Assembly (NCBI RefSeq): GCF_001194135.2
Contig: NC_068986.1
Coordinates: 100,063,492 to 100,102,031 of the forward strand
DNA length: 38,540 nucleotides
Origin: Octopus bimaculoides
Taxonomy: Eukaryota
Reading direction: 5' to 3'
The position numbers and the translations under genes were made by a program. Positions 25,713-37,460 of the stretch are shown piece after piece; positions within the stretch are counted from its first letter, which is position 1; every line of letters begins with the position of its first letter. The notes below the pieces were generated by a model. That model was not told the DNA's origin, did not search any database, and saw nothing but the letters and a program-made list of their open reading frames with translations.

Positions 25713-26870
25713 TTATGTATAAATATTTGTGCGTGCATTCTTGTATGTACGTGTGACTGTACGCATGTACGCATACGTTTCTGTATGTGCGTGATTGTAT
25801 ATATCTCTATGCATATGTGCTCGGTCACGAGAATGCTCTATCGAACCAAAACACATCCGTGCTACTTACGTACTTTTAAATTTAAAAAGAAGTACAGTTC
25901 CAAATCTCTGTTCTACATATATTTCAATTGCCCAATTACTGCAACTTTACTCTCCTATGAAACTGTTAGAGCTGCACTACATCAAGTAAAACGTATAAGC
26001 TACATACCTTCATTTTCCTTATGACTTTAATCATAAATAACGAAAATCTTTATGAAATTCTTTCTCTCCTAATGTTTCCAGGCGGAAGAGTAACTACCGA
26101 AGATTCACTCACTACTCACGTTTTCTTCTCAATTGCATTTAAATAGCAAAAGATGGAAACGTCCCTACGTCTAACGTGACAACTACACGAAGGTAGCAGT
26201 ACTTGAAATATCTGTGGGCATTGCTACTCTTACACGGAAAAAAAGTAAATGACATAAAAATGACACCGTAAATGATTAATCATTGCAAATCTGTGATCTT
26301 AATTGACCTACAGATATTATATAACCTTCAGAAATAAGTCATTCTTCTCAATTATTCATTGATATATGTCTTATATAATTATAACAATTCTCGCAGTTAC
26401 ATTAATCATCAGATTCGTTAAGTTAAGTAACCTAACTCTTCCATTTAAACTTAAATATGTTAGACAGAATAAAAGTAAATTACTGTAGCATTCACAAGTC
26501 TTCCGTAATACTTATTGGCATATAGAAAGCTTTCAAAAGGAAAATCGAAGTTTGGTTAATTCGATGGATGAACAACAGAAGACAACAGAAATCTGTTAAT
26601 CTTTGAATCAGCTCCAAATTAAATTTAATTACTCATATATTTAAACACATACTCATACATAGAGCAGCAATGAGAAAACATACATATACATACATAAAAG
26701 TTTTTCCTGACCGATTTATATAATTTTTACTATTAGATGGATTACACTTAGCCAGAAACATTGAGAGGGGCCAGGACGCATTATCAACTTCGAAATAATA
26801 AATAAAGATGAATAAGGTCAATCTCCTATATATAGTGAGAATGCTCTTCTGTCAGTACATCCCTAAAATC

Positions 26871-27006
26871 ACATTATTTACATTATTTACATTTGATGGA
26901 GATTTGTCCTCATCTTATTTGTTATTAACACAACGTTTCGGCTGATATACCCTCCAGCCTTCATCAGGTATCTTCGGGAAATTTCGAAACTGGTTTCTCA
27001 TTCCTG

Positions 27007-27079
<73 letters not shown>
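26871..27079 (-). mobile_element. Distal part of the - arm of the hairpin element: (AAT)n, spacer, hammerhead and tail
   Basis: Minus strand (AAT)n-AACAACAGGAATGAGAAACCAGTTTCGAAATTTCCCGAAGATACCTGATGAAGGCTGGAGGGTATATCAGCCGAAACGTTGTGTTAATAAC..AATGTAAATAATGTAAATAATGT. A 26-nt segment recurs on the + strand at 29686-29711. Confidence 0.75.
26927..26972 (-). ncRNA. Minimal type I hammerhead ribozyme (PLE/retrozyme type), predicted cleavage after GUU
   Basis: GATAC-CTGATGA-A-GGCTG-GAGGGTATAT-CAGCC-GAAACGTT^GTGTT: intact core, perfect 5-bp stem II, palindromic ACGT in place of stem III, and stem I GAUAC/GUGUU with G-U pairs. Confidence 0.8.
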
Positions 27080-29419
27080 GTTGTTGTTGTTGTTTTTTTC
27101 TTCTTTCTTCAAATTTTCTTTCATTTCTCGCCGAGTGTTTTCCGTACACCTAGGGCAGAGAAACTCGTTGTATGCATTCCCAGTTTACACACGCAAATTC
27201 ACAGGTAAAACATGTATTCAAGAAAAAAAAATCATGAATGGATGTTGATTTCACAGCGATAATGCTCTTCTCAGTATATGAGTCGTTCCAGTTAGCACGA
27301 ATTTTTGCACTTCCTGTAGAGATGGTAAGCCTGGTATCATTTTCAAATAGGTTTCAGTACCTTTTTTTTATCATTCCTAGAGATCCTATAATCACTGGTA
27401 TGGTAGTCGCCTTGAAGTGCCACATTTTTTCAATTTCTATTAGCAAGTCTTTATATTTACTGATCTTGTCAAATTCTTTCGCCGCTATATTATGATCAGA
27501 GGGAATACTCATGTCAATTAATAAACACGTCTTCTTTGTCTGATCTTTTATAATAATATCTGGTTTATTAGCTTTTATAGTTTTGTCGGTATGTACGGGG
27601 AAGTCCCAGAGAATTNNNNNNNNNNNNNNNNNNNNNNNNNNNNNNNNNNNNNNNNNNNNNNNNNNNNNNNNNNNNNNNNNNNNNNNNNNNNNNNNNNNNN
27701 NNNNNNNNNNNNNNNNNNNNNNNNNNNNNNNNNNNNNNNNNNNNNNNNNNNNNNNNNNNNNNNNNNNNNNNNNNNNNNNNNNNNNNNNNNNNNNNNNNNN
27801 NNNNNNNNNNNNNNNNNNNNNNNNNNNNNNNNNNNNNNNNNNNNNNNNNNNNNNNNNNNNNNNNNNNNNNNNNNNNNNNNNNNNNNNNNNTTGCAGAGGT
27901 TTCTGTTCCTGTCTGCTAGCTAATTTTTCTTGTGCTTTTGTCTTTGCAATTAATTTTATTTTCTTTGCAGTAGCAGTTGGCGCATTTCCTTCAACCTGAT
28001 CAAGCTGGTGGGTATCTAAATGTTCGGTAGCGAATTTTTGCTCTCTTTCAGAATAGAGTGAAGTTTTTTTCGGTCTTTCATGTTTTTCAACAAGTTTCAG
28101 CATCCAATCATTGGTTGTTTCAAAGTATTTGGCCAGTCCGATTGTGGTGGTTTTGTACGTAAGTTCAAGCTGGATCAAGCCTCGACCTCCCTGAGCTCTG
28201 GGAAGGTAAAGACGATCCACGTCTGCCTTTGGATGATGCGTCTTATTACAAGTCAGTAGCTTGCGGATTTTTCTATCAATTTTGACTATTTTTACTGGTA
28301 TTCCAGTTAAGCACATTGAAGCTATGAAGAAGAACTGGGACTGCTAAGGAATTTATGGCTAACACCTTATTGTATGCATTCAGCTCAGACTTCTCGAACT
28401 CTTCTATAACATTCCTTCCTAACCTTCTCTTTCATGCTTGCATGCTGGATACCAGAGCCTTCATTTATTCCTAGGTATTTATAGGTTTGTTCCTGCTCAA
28501 GTTCTTTTCTTACTATTTCGACATCTAATTCTATTGAACTTGACCTTACTAGTTTCCCTTTCTTAAAAGTGGCTTTGGCACACTTTTCAAGGCCAAACTC
28601 CATCCCGATATCTTCACTGAATCCTTTCACAGTATGTAGTAGTCCTTGAAGCTCTTCATCGTCTTTGCCATATTGCTTTAAATCATCCATATAAAATAGA
28701 TGGCTTATTTTCTTCTTGTCAATTTTGTAGCCATACCTTGTTCTATTCAGTTCACGTGAGAGTGGTATTAGTGCTATGCAGAAAATTAGTGGTGAAAGCG
28801 AGTCACCATGGAAAATGCCACAGTTTATGCTAATATTGTTTGAGTGCAATACTCCATTAGAATGATATAATTGCAGCTTCGTGTTCCATAGTGACATATT
28901 ATACTTTAAAAAATCTGAAATCACAGGAGAAATTTTGAAAATGTCCAGCGATTTCAGAATCCACGAATGTGGTATGCTGTCAAAGGCTTTTTTTATAATC
29001 AATCCATGAAGAGCTGAGATTTCTGCGCTTGTTATGGCAGTTCTCAAGGATCATGCGATTAATTAAGAGCTGATCTTTGCATCCGTATGAGCCTCGTCTG
29101 CATCCTTTCTGTTCAGTGGGAAAGAGGTTATTCTCTTCCATAAACGTATGTTTTCTCCACTAGAATAGATGTCAAAATCTTATAGGTAGCAGACAAACAT
29201 GTTATAGGCCGGTAGATTTTTGGGTCTTTGGTTTCGTTATTTTTCGGGAGGAGGTAAGTAATACCATTTGCCATCCAATGGGGAGTTCTTTCTGGGTCTT
29301 TCATAATACTATTAAATAGTATTACTAACATTTTGTGTGCGGACGAGAGTGATGAGAGCCAGAAATTTGGTACTCTATCAAGACCAGGGGATTTCCACTT
29401 ATGAGCCTTCGTTAGTGCC
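27080..29419 (-). mobile_element. 5'-truncated R4/Dong-clade non-LTR retrotransposon (RT plus C-terminal restriction-like endonuclease), frameshifted, with 3' UTR and (AAC)/(AAT) tail
   Basis: WKSPGLDRVPNFWL..YRPITCL..QKGCRRGSYGCKDQLLIN..WIDYKKAFDSIPHSW..GIFHGDSLSP..HLFYMDDLK..FGLEKC..YKYLG..HPKADVDRLYLPRAQGGRGL..[gap N 27616-27890]..LWDFPVHTD..NKPDII..LIDMSIPSD..KEFDKISKY..HILRRALSL*; stop at 27251-27253. At least 4 frameshifts. Confidence 0.93.
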
Positions 29420-29568
29420 TCAGGTTACTGCCTTGAATTGAACTCGGAACCTTGGGGTTAGTAGCCAGCGCTCTTAACCACTACATGCCCACAGGCATAT
29501 GGTGTAGTGGTCGAGAGCGCGGGCTACTAACCCCAAGATTCCGAGTTCGATTCCAAGCAGTAACCTGA
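29420..29568. promoter_or_regulatory. Head-to-head inverted pair of tRNA-like heads (Pol III A/B boxes) forming a near-perfect hairpin
   Basis: + arm GGCATATGGTGTAGTGGTCGAGAGCGCGGGCTACTAACCCCAAGATTCCGAGTTCGATTCCAAGCAGTAACCTGA (A box 29500-29510, B box 29543-29554, GGG-CTACTAA-CCC stem-loop). The - arm is its reverse complement with 7 mismatches and a 5-nt deletion in the A box. Confidence 0.85.
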
Positions 29569-29582
29569 ATAATGATGATAAA

Positions 29583-29654
<72 letters not shown>

Positions 29655-29711
29655 TATAATTATAATAATAATAGTAGTAGTAGTTTGGAGGGTACATCAG
29701 CCGAAACGTTG
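29569..29711 (+). mobile_element. Distal + arm of the hairpin element: (AAT)n/(AGT)n and the 3' half of the hammerhead
   Basis: TGGAGGGTACATCAGCCGAAACGTTG (29686-29711) is 25/26 identical to the - arm hammerhead segment; the CTGATGA half is missing. Confidence 0.8.
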
Positions 29712-30791
29712 GCACACGCATAAACACATAGATTCACACAATAGTATTGCTTAGCAATGAATGAAATACAGATGTTGAACACCGCACTTGAAAATACGCT
29801 GATTGCAGCAACAGACTTACCTCCCCTTTGTAAATATATCTTGGGAGTCGGCTGTAGTTGTACGTAGCCAAGACATTCATGGGACATGCGTATGAGATTC
29901 ACTAACTGACCATCTTATTGCGAAAACAGTCGTTTTTGTAGTGAGCCGATTTCGGTAGTGGTTAAATTCTAAGATATCTAGAATTAAATTTCATATCTAT
30001 AATTCAAGAATCCTTTCTGGTTGACGTTGCCCATCAGCCGATATATTATCTCTCAGTACTCACCTTACACTATTTTTGTCTTATTTATACAACATATTAT
30101 CTTATATGCCTTCCTCTGTACTACCATAATATACTATCCCCATAAACAATTCCTATTATAGTCTTTGCACATTATATTCTAATACATATACATCATGTAG
30201 TTGAATATATATATTACTTGTGTTAATCGTCAACCCTTCCTCCATCTCTACAATACGAACATGAGAATCACATTGGTCTTTGAATGAAATCTTAAATAAT
30301 TATATTCATAGTATATAACATATATAAAACTACTCAGTGAAAATAATGCAGTAAAATGGAAACGAATCTTATACTTATCCGTTACTGCTATACTATTTCA
30401 AGCGCTTTGTCTCTGTATATCCAGCTTTCCAATAGAAAATAGCAGTAGATAAGAATACCTAATCTCTATATAACTACATTGGGATAATACTATTCTATTA
30501 ACGTGTAATAGTATCAGTCCAGGGTGTAATTATACAATGGAAATAAATAATGCTTATGCAATCCTAATTGTGACGCATCACATTGACTATCGTGTTGACG
30601 TCATTTCTTTGTTCACATCTCCGAATGTCTTGTGACAAAGTTCTTTTTCCTAACGACGCATGTTTCTCTCTCTTCGCCCGAGTTTTCTAGATTGTCATTC
30701 CCCTAAGCTGGATAAATCCGTCATATTGACCAGCGTGGTTTTAGTCCGAGTACAAAGCAACAATCCTGATATATGTGTATGTAAGAACACT

Positions 30792-30980
30792 ATGTATGTA
30801 TGTATGTATGTATGTATGTATGTATGTATGTATGTATGTAGGTATGTATGCATGTATGTATGTATGTATGTATGTATGTATGTATGTATGTACGTATGTA
30901 TACGTGTATATATATATATGTATGTATATATACGTATACATACATATATATGTATTTATATGTATATGTGTGTCCGTGTG
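30792..30980. repeat. (TATG)n/(TA)n microsatellite next to gap N 30994-31413
   Basis: Directly visible. Confidence 0.9.
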
Positions 30981-32149
30981 AGAGAGAGGGAAANNNNNNN
31001 NNNNNNNNNNNNNNNNNNNNNNNNNNNNNNNNNNNNNNNNNNNNNNNNNNNNNNNNNNNNNNNNNNNNNNNNNNNNNNNNNNNNNNNNNNNNNNNNNNNN
31101 NNNNNNNNNNNNNNNNNNNNNNNNNNNNNNNNNNNNNNNNNNNNNNNNNNNNNNNNNNNNNNNNNNNNNNNNNNNNNNNNNNNNNNNNNNNNNNNNNNNN
31201 NNNNNNNNNNNNNNNNNNNNNNNNNNNNNNNNNNNNNNNNNNNNNNNNNNNNNNNNNNNNNNNNNNNNNNNNNNNNNNNNNNNNNNNNNNNNNNNNNNNN
31301 NNNNNNNNNNNNNNNNNNNNNNNNNNNNNNNNNNNNNNNNNNNNNNNNNNNNNNNNNNNNNNNNNNNNNNNNNNNNNNNNNNNNNNNNNNNNNNNNNNNN
31401 NNNNNNNNNNNNNTGTATATTTGTGTATATGCGTGTGCGTTTCTGTGTATGCAAACCAGTTCACTGTCATGATGTCTTGTGTGGATATTTTAGTTTATTT
31501 TTTTCGATGGTTCATCTATTCTTAAACAGCTTAGAATATATCTATCTTTGACGATTGTATAATTCTATTAAATCTTTTATCGACACTGTTCTTTACAATT
31601 TTGTTTATCGCTTATAACCTTGTGGGGATATTTCTTTCATTAACATTTTATATATTTAATTCTTAATTCCTTGAAACACAGATACCAATTTTTTTTTTAT
31701 CTCATTACACGCAGCCCGAAACTAGCGAAATATATTGTAAGTCTTGCATTCGAATTCAAACATAATTACATAAATAGATGTAAGTATAAGTTCACGCACG
31801 CACGCACGCACACACATACACGATTTTCTGTATAAGTTTTAAATAAAATAATCGCTTTTAATACCAGAGCATTTAATGAAACCTTTGAGAGTAGAGTTCG
31901 TGTGAAGAAAGCGAGTTTATTTAGACACAGTATTCCTCTTTGTATTCAGTGCAGTCGAACACTCGTTAACGAAACGTGGCAGCACATATGAAATACAAGT
32001 TCGATGGCCGGAGTAAACAAGTTCACTTCCTTCATATTTCTTATGTTTTTCGTTAGACTAAGGCTGAGACAATTCAAATTATGCAAATTTTCAACTCTCA
32101 AATGTGTTATTGCTTGTTTATAACAAACCGATACATATGACTGTGTGTC

Positions 32150-32181
32150 TGTTTTTCTATCTATCTATCTATCTATCTATC

Positions 32182-32214
<33 letters not shown>

Positions 32215-32237
32215 GTGTACGTATGTATGTATGTATG

Positions 32238-32283
<46 letters not shown>

Positions 32284-32310
32284 CGTCCATTTATCTATTT
32301 ATCTATCTGT
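32150..32310. repeat. Compound (TATC)n-(TATG)n-(CT)n microsatellite
   Basis: Directly visible. Confidence 0.9.
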
Positions 32311-32574
32311 GTGTTTGTATATAACACTGCTAGCCTATCCCACTGTCTCTCGGTCCCAATCTCTTTTTATCCCTAGATTATTCTAGTGGAATAATTTATT
32401 TCTACAATGTGCATTTGTTCCTTCAAATACAAGAGTGAGAGAACATATCATATCATACCGGTGGTGGAGCAGTGTCGATAAGAACAGTGTGTTCTGTCAA
32501 TGAATGTAACAACAGCAAAAGTAATACAAATAGAATTAAAAGTAGAAAATAAGCTTTCGGTTATTTAGACACAA

Positions 32575-32908
32575 CACCATCAATTTTCGGTGAGATGTGC
32601 ATCCATCGACCTCAGTACTTAAACATGTATTTTATTTCACTAAAAGAAGAAGGACATAGTTGACCTGAACGGAGTGAAGCACATAATCCAAAGATTCGGT
32701 ACGGATGATGCAATTGCACATGTATAGCAATTCTGTGAACGTGTAGATGTTCTGAAAAATATATTAAAGGTAAAAGGCCTGAAATTTATCTACTCCGAAA
32801 GTATGCAAGGTAAAGTTGATATCGGTGGAATTTGAAGAGAGAACGTAAGGACAGACGAAATGCCGCTAAGCATTTTGTCCGGTGTGCTAACTGTTCTGCT
32901 TGCACGCT
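32575..32908 (-). mobile_element. Two diverged family B SINE fragments (about 32575-32680 and 32785-32908)
   Basis: catcgacctcagtact..; tttatctactccgaaagtatgcaaggtaaagttgatatcggtggaatttgaa..gacgaaatgccgctaagcattttgtccggtgtgctaac. Confidence 0.75.
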
Positions 32909-32914
32909 GATATC

Positions 32915-33078
<164 letters not shown>

Positions 33079-34620
33079 AAATATTGGGGAAGGTACAGAA
33101 TAATAGAATGTGGCCTTACATAAACAAGGGTGTGAACATTCAAAAGCGATAACAATAGGAACACTTTCTATGGTTGCATGTGGAGACCCCTCAAAATCAG
33201 GGAAACATAAACGAGTAGAACAAATGTCTCTCGATATCGTCCTTCTTCAGTCAGTCCACAATCTCATGCTTATAGGGGGACCATTCACTCGGATCATTCT
33301 TACCACATGCAGCCATCTTTCAATATAATTGCTGGAAGACAACAGCACTTGCCTCTGTATCCTCAGTTTCTTTTTCAAGAGAAACTTGAAAATGTTGATG
33401 AGGCCAAGACTAAGAGGAAAGTATCTGTCTTCATTCCTTTCAATCTACTTTGCCACAAAATGTCTTTCGCTGAGGTTACCAAAAAAAAAATGCCTATCAT
33501 TCCTGGCCAAAAGAAGGTGGCTGGATCTGTCCTGCAGAACGGTATCATCAATCTGCACACCTTGGGGACAAGGCTGGCTGACGGAATTTCCATACCTGTA
33601 GTGTTATCCTGAACCGGCAGTGCTACTGTGGTCCACTGCCAGCTTTAAATTTTCTGGAAATTATCCTTTACGTCCCGGGCCGAATGTCCTTCGGAAGAGA
33701 CCAGCTGGTTGATTCTGTTCAACACCAGAATCTTACCGAGAACATCGTCGCAGTTTCCTTCCACTAACCCCGCATTGAACGTCACAGTGAGGTACCAAAG
33801 ACCCTGTCTCGGTCTATGCTTCATTCAGGACTGCAAAATGACGAGCTGTGGAAAATCCTGTCAGGCAGACGGTGACGATAACTGGTCACTGTCAACAAAA
33901 CGCTGGAGTTGTCACAGTATCAGAGCATATCTGTGCTTCAGCAGCCACGGCATACCAGCCCTTCATTCAGCGAATGTTGATAGCAAGTGGATCACCTAGT
34001 GGAAAACGTCCCTTCTGCACCTAGTAAAAGAATATGCGCTCCAGTTTTCTCAGACGTAACCTGGGTAAGGCACAACGGTCAGGCAATTGTATCTAACCGA
34101 GGCGATGCGAGAATTCACTACCTCCGTCCAGTGTCCTACGAAGTTATTGGACGCCATGAACCTGCCTCTCTAGGAGCCGAACTGCTGGTCCACTGACTTT
34201 TCTTGATTAAGATCTGACCCTACCACCGCCGCATATTCTTTTATCTTTTGGTCACACCTAAGACCGCCAACTTAACATCTGTGTCCAGGAAGATGACACT
34301 TATCCTAAGATCCAGACCTCTCCGAAACAACACCACAGCTCTCTCCCCATTTCGGCTGACACGGAGATAAGTAAATCTCGTATGCACCGGAAATGTGTAT
34401 AGAAGCTTGTCGCTCGGAGAGTCTAGTTTCATTGAAAGCCACAACATCTAAACTTAATGACCTGAGGTCATTGAGTAAGTGGTTCTGTTTCCAAGATTTC
34501 AATCCTCTGGTGTGTTGCCTCTTCTATTCTAATGCTTGATCCAATTATTTTGTATAGAACTGTCTGCAAATTAGATTCTTACCGGACAGATCTACGACAT
34601 TCAACGCCATATTTTGCCCG
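33079..34620 (-). mobile_element. Decayed L1/Tx1 LINE ORF2 remnant: APE N-terminus fused to the post-RT C-terminus, plus 3' UTR
   Basis: TRGLKSWKQNHLLNDLRSLSLDVVAFNET..AVVLFRRGLDLRISVIFLD (APE), then KEYAAVVGSDLNQEKS..VVNSRIASV..LTVVPYP..KLERIFF..MPWLLKHRYAL..GLVEGNCDDVLG..FRRTFGPG..DNFQK..ALPV..PCPQ..DDTVL..ERWLHVV. Many stops and frameshifts. The element may extend to about 35100 as ORF1 debris. Confidence 0.75.
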
Positions 34621-34673
34621 TATTTATCTAATATACATTTTGCCTGTATTTATATAATATACATTTTGCCCTT
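34611..34673. repeat. 27-bp tandem duplication (about 2.3 copies)
   Basis: attttgcccgtatttatctaaatatac / attttgcctgtatttatataaatatac / attttgccc. Confidence 0.85.
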
Positions 34674-35394
34674 TTAAATCAAATTTAATTTATATAAATT
34701 TCTTCGTTTATTTGCTGCATCGCGTCGGCGAAACCGCCAACGGCTGATTTGCATGGTTCAATTTCATTATTCATGCTTCCTTCGTGAATGATATTGGCGT
34801 TTCTGAGTTTGCTGTTGCCACTGGCGGTGAAGATAGCAGTGTTTTCGCTTGTGTTGTTTGTTGTCTTTTTATTGTTCCTGTGATAGCACTGCGGGGAGTT
34901 TTAGCATCGAGAATTATTTTCATGCCCTTCACTTGCTATGTCATTGTTATTGTTGTTGTCGTCGACTTTTTTTTGTCGTTGTAATTGTAGACGTTGTCAT
35001 CGTAATCCTTGTTACTTTTGCTTCTCTTACTGACTTTTACAATTTGACTATTCTATTCTGCGGATGACTGATTGTTCTTTTCTGCGGACGAATAATCCTC
35101 ATCCCTCATCTTTGATTTTCAATCTAAAATTGAGGGGCGTGTTTATTACAAAACCTCAATTGAGCTCCTAAGTAGTATATGTACAGAAAAACTAACTAGC
35201 CTTTTAAAGCCGTTGTTAGTTCATTTTTTAATGATAACAAATATGCAATACGTAACTTTGTGAAACAATATAACAACAAAATTACGGAAGCGGTGTGCAA
35301 TAATTGTCGATAGACGAACAACAACAATAATATTAATAGCAATAATAATGGTTACAAATTTTGCCATACGGGCAGCCATTTTGGNNNNNNNNNN

Positions 35395-35755
35395 GAGCGA
35401 CGGGTGAAATACCGCTAAGCATTTCGTTTAGCATGCTAACGATTGTGCTACCTCGCCATTTTAACAAGGATAATAATTATAATAAACCTCAGTATTTGAC
35501 TGATTCGTCTTTTGTAGAACCCAACATAATGAAGGCAATATGGACATCAATGAAATCTGAGCTCAGAACCTGAAGTGACTGAAGAAATGCCGCTAAACAT
35601 TTTGTCCGACACACGATTCTGCCATCTTGCCACCGCAATACTGACCTAAAATTAGTTGCGAATTTTGGCACAAGGCCAGTAAATTCGGAGTAGTGGTCTA
35701 GTCGAATACATCGGCCTCAATGTTCAACTATTCATTATTTGATCGACTCCGAAAC
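35395..35755 (-). mobile_element. Diverged family B SINE fragments (about 35395-35458, 35528-35635, 35667-35755)
   Basis: gaaataccgctaagcatttcg..gctaacgatt; gagctcagaacc..gaaatgccgctaaacattttgtccg; ggcacaaggccag..gtcgaatacatcg..tgatcgactccgaaa. Confidence 0.7.
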
Positions 35756-36644
35756 GCTTTCTAGACTAATACTCATTAGAGAAAAGGCCCCTCGTCCATC
35801 CTTGTGTTTGATCTCAAACATAAAGAAACAACTAAATTCTGAATGAAAATTATGCTAGGTACTCAACCATTTCTGTTTCTTGCTTTCAGATATGAAACAC
35901 CATAAGTATCTCACCGGTTTTAATGTTATTCACTTTAATAGTTTAAATGTAATGTTTTAACTTCCGGGTCAAGAAACACTGCATAAGCTATTTTGTGCCC
36001 AGATCTGCAACAGTGAATTATATTATTTGGATATAGCTGCTTGCAGCTAAGTGAAATCGAACGTTGGTTGGTAATAGATAAGAGGCAATAACGATTACAG
36101 GACTTATCGTCTAGGTGACCCATTATCTTATCAACAAAGCAAACAGTCTTTATGAATGGCTTGGATTGTGTCTGAAACAGTTACAGAGACTATGAAATCA
36201 ATGATCAGAGAGATATTTCAATTAAAGAAAACGTATGTAAAAATATTACAAAGCCATTTTCCCGTTTTCGAAGCTACAGTAAATAACTCGGAAACAGTTA
36301 TTTAGCTTGATATAGATTTTTTCTTGGTAGGGTTGCAGATCGGAAGAAATAAAACTACTATAATGATTGAAAATAAATCTACGTCCGAAGCACTTACAGA
36401 GTGAAATTGCTGGATTTTTATAGCATTCATTCCCATAACAAACACATTGGTAATTAAAACGTCCTCAGTTTTATAGAGTAGTTCTCCTAACTATCAATTG
36501 TCCCACTAGACCAATAGCCAATATAGCATTAATGATATTTTTATGGTGCTATCTTGAAACAGAAATTAGATACCACATCGTTTCAACTTATTGCTTTCTT
36601 TGATTTTTTTTTTTAAATCAGGTTTTAATAATTCTGTCATCATA

Positions 36645-36750
36645 GTCATCATCATCGTTATCACCCCTCCATCATTATCATAGTCACCCTCATCACCATC
36701 ATTATCATCGTCGTCGTTGTTGTCATCATAGTCGTCGTCGTCGTCGTCGC

Positions 36751-36783
<33 letters not shown>

Positions 36784-36878
36784 CATCATCACCACCAGCA
36801 CCACCATTATCACCATCATCATCAACACCACCAGCACCACCACCACCATCATCATCATCGTCGTCATCATCATCATCA

Positions 36879-36910
<32 letters not shown>

Positions 36911-37460
36911 ATCATCNNNNNNNNNNNNNNNNNNNNNNNNNNNNNNNNNNNNNNNNNNNNNNNNNNNNNNNNNNNNNNNNNNNNNNNNNNNNNNNNNNNN
37001 NNNNNNNNNNNNNNNNNNNNNNNNNNNNNNNNNNNNNNNNNNNNNNNNNNNNNNNNNNNNNNNNNNNNNNNNNNNNNNNNNNNNNNNNNNNNNNNNNNNN
37101 NNNNNNNNNNNNNNNNNNNNNNNNNNNNNNNNNNNNNNNNNNNNNNNNNNNNNNNNNNNNNNNNNNNNNNNNNNNNNNNNNNNNNNNNNNNNNNNNNNNN
37201 NNNNNNNNNNNNNNNNNNNNNNNNNNNNNNNNNNNNNNNNNNATCATCACCATTATCATCATCATCATCATCATCATCATCACCATCATCATCACCATTA
37301 TCATCATCATCATCATCATCATCACCACCAACACCACCATTATCACCATCATCATCAACAGCACCAGCACCACCACTACCATCATCATTATCATCGTCAT
37401 CATCAACGTCATCATCATCCTCATCCTCCTCCTCCTCCTCCTCCTCCTCATCATCATCAT
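36645..37460. repeat. Compound trinucleotide microsatellite (CAT/CAC/CGT/CCT)n around gap N 36917-37242
   Basis: Directly visible; source of the poly-Met ORFs. Confidence 0.95.

Noticed and set aside
14796-27615. Two gaps beginning directly after GAATT (14799-14803 and 27611-27615)
   Set aside because: Likely an assembly or library artefact or coincidence, not biology.
29494-29568. Calling the + arm a functional tRNA gene
   Set aside because: No proper acceptor stem or T-run terminator, and it is embedded in an inverted repeat followed by (AAT)n.
29821-30064. - strand donors GAG|GTAAGT (29821) and AAG|GTGAGT (30064) suggesting 5' exons
   Set aside because: Three competing short ATG frames, weak acceptors and no downstream exon identified.
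33110-34196. + strand ORFs of 66-101 aa
   Set aside because: They are antisense shadows of the - strand Tx1 remnant.
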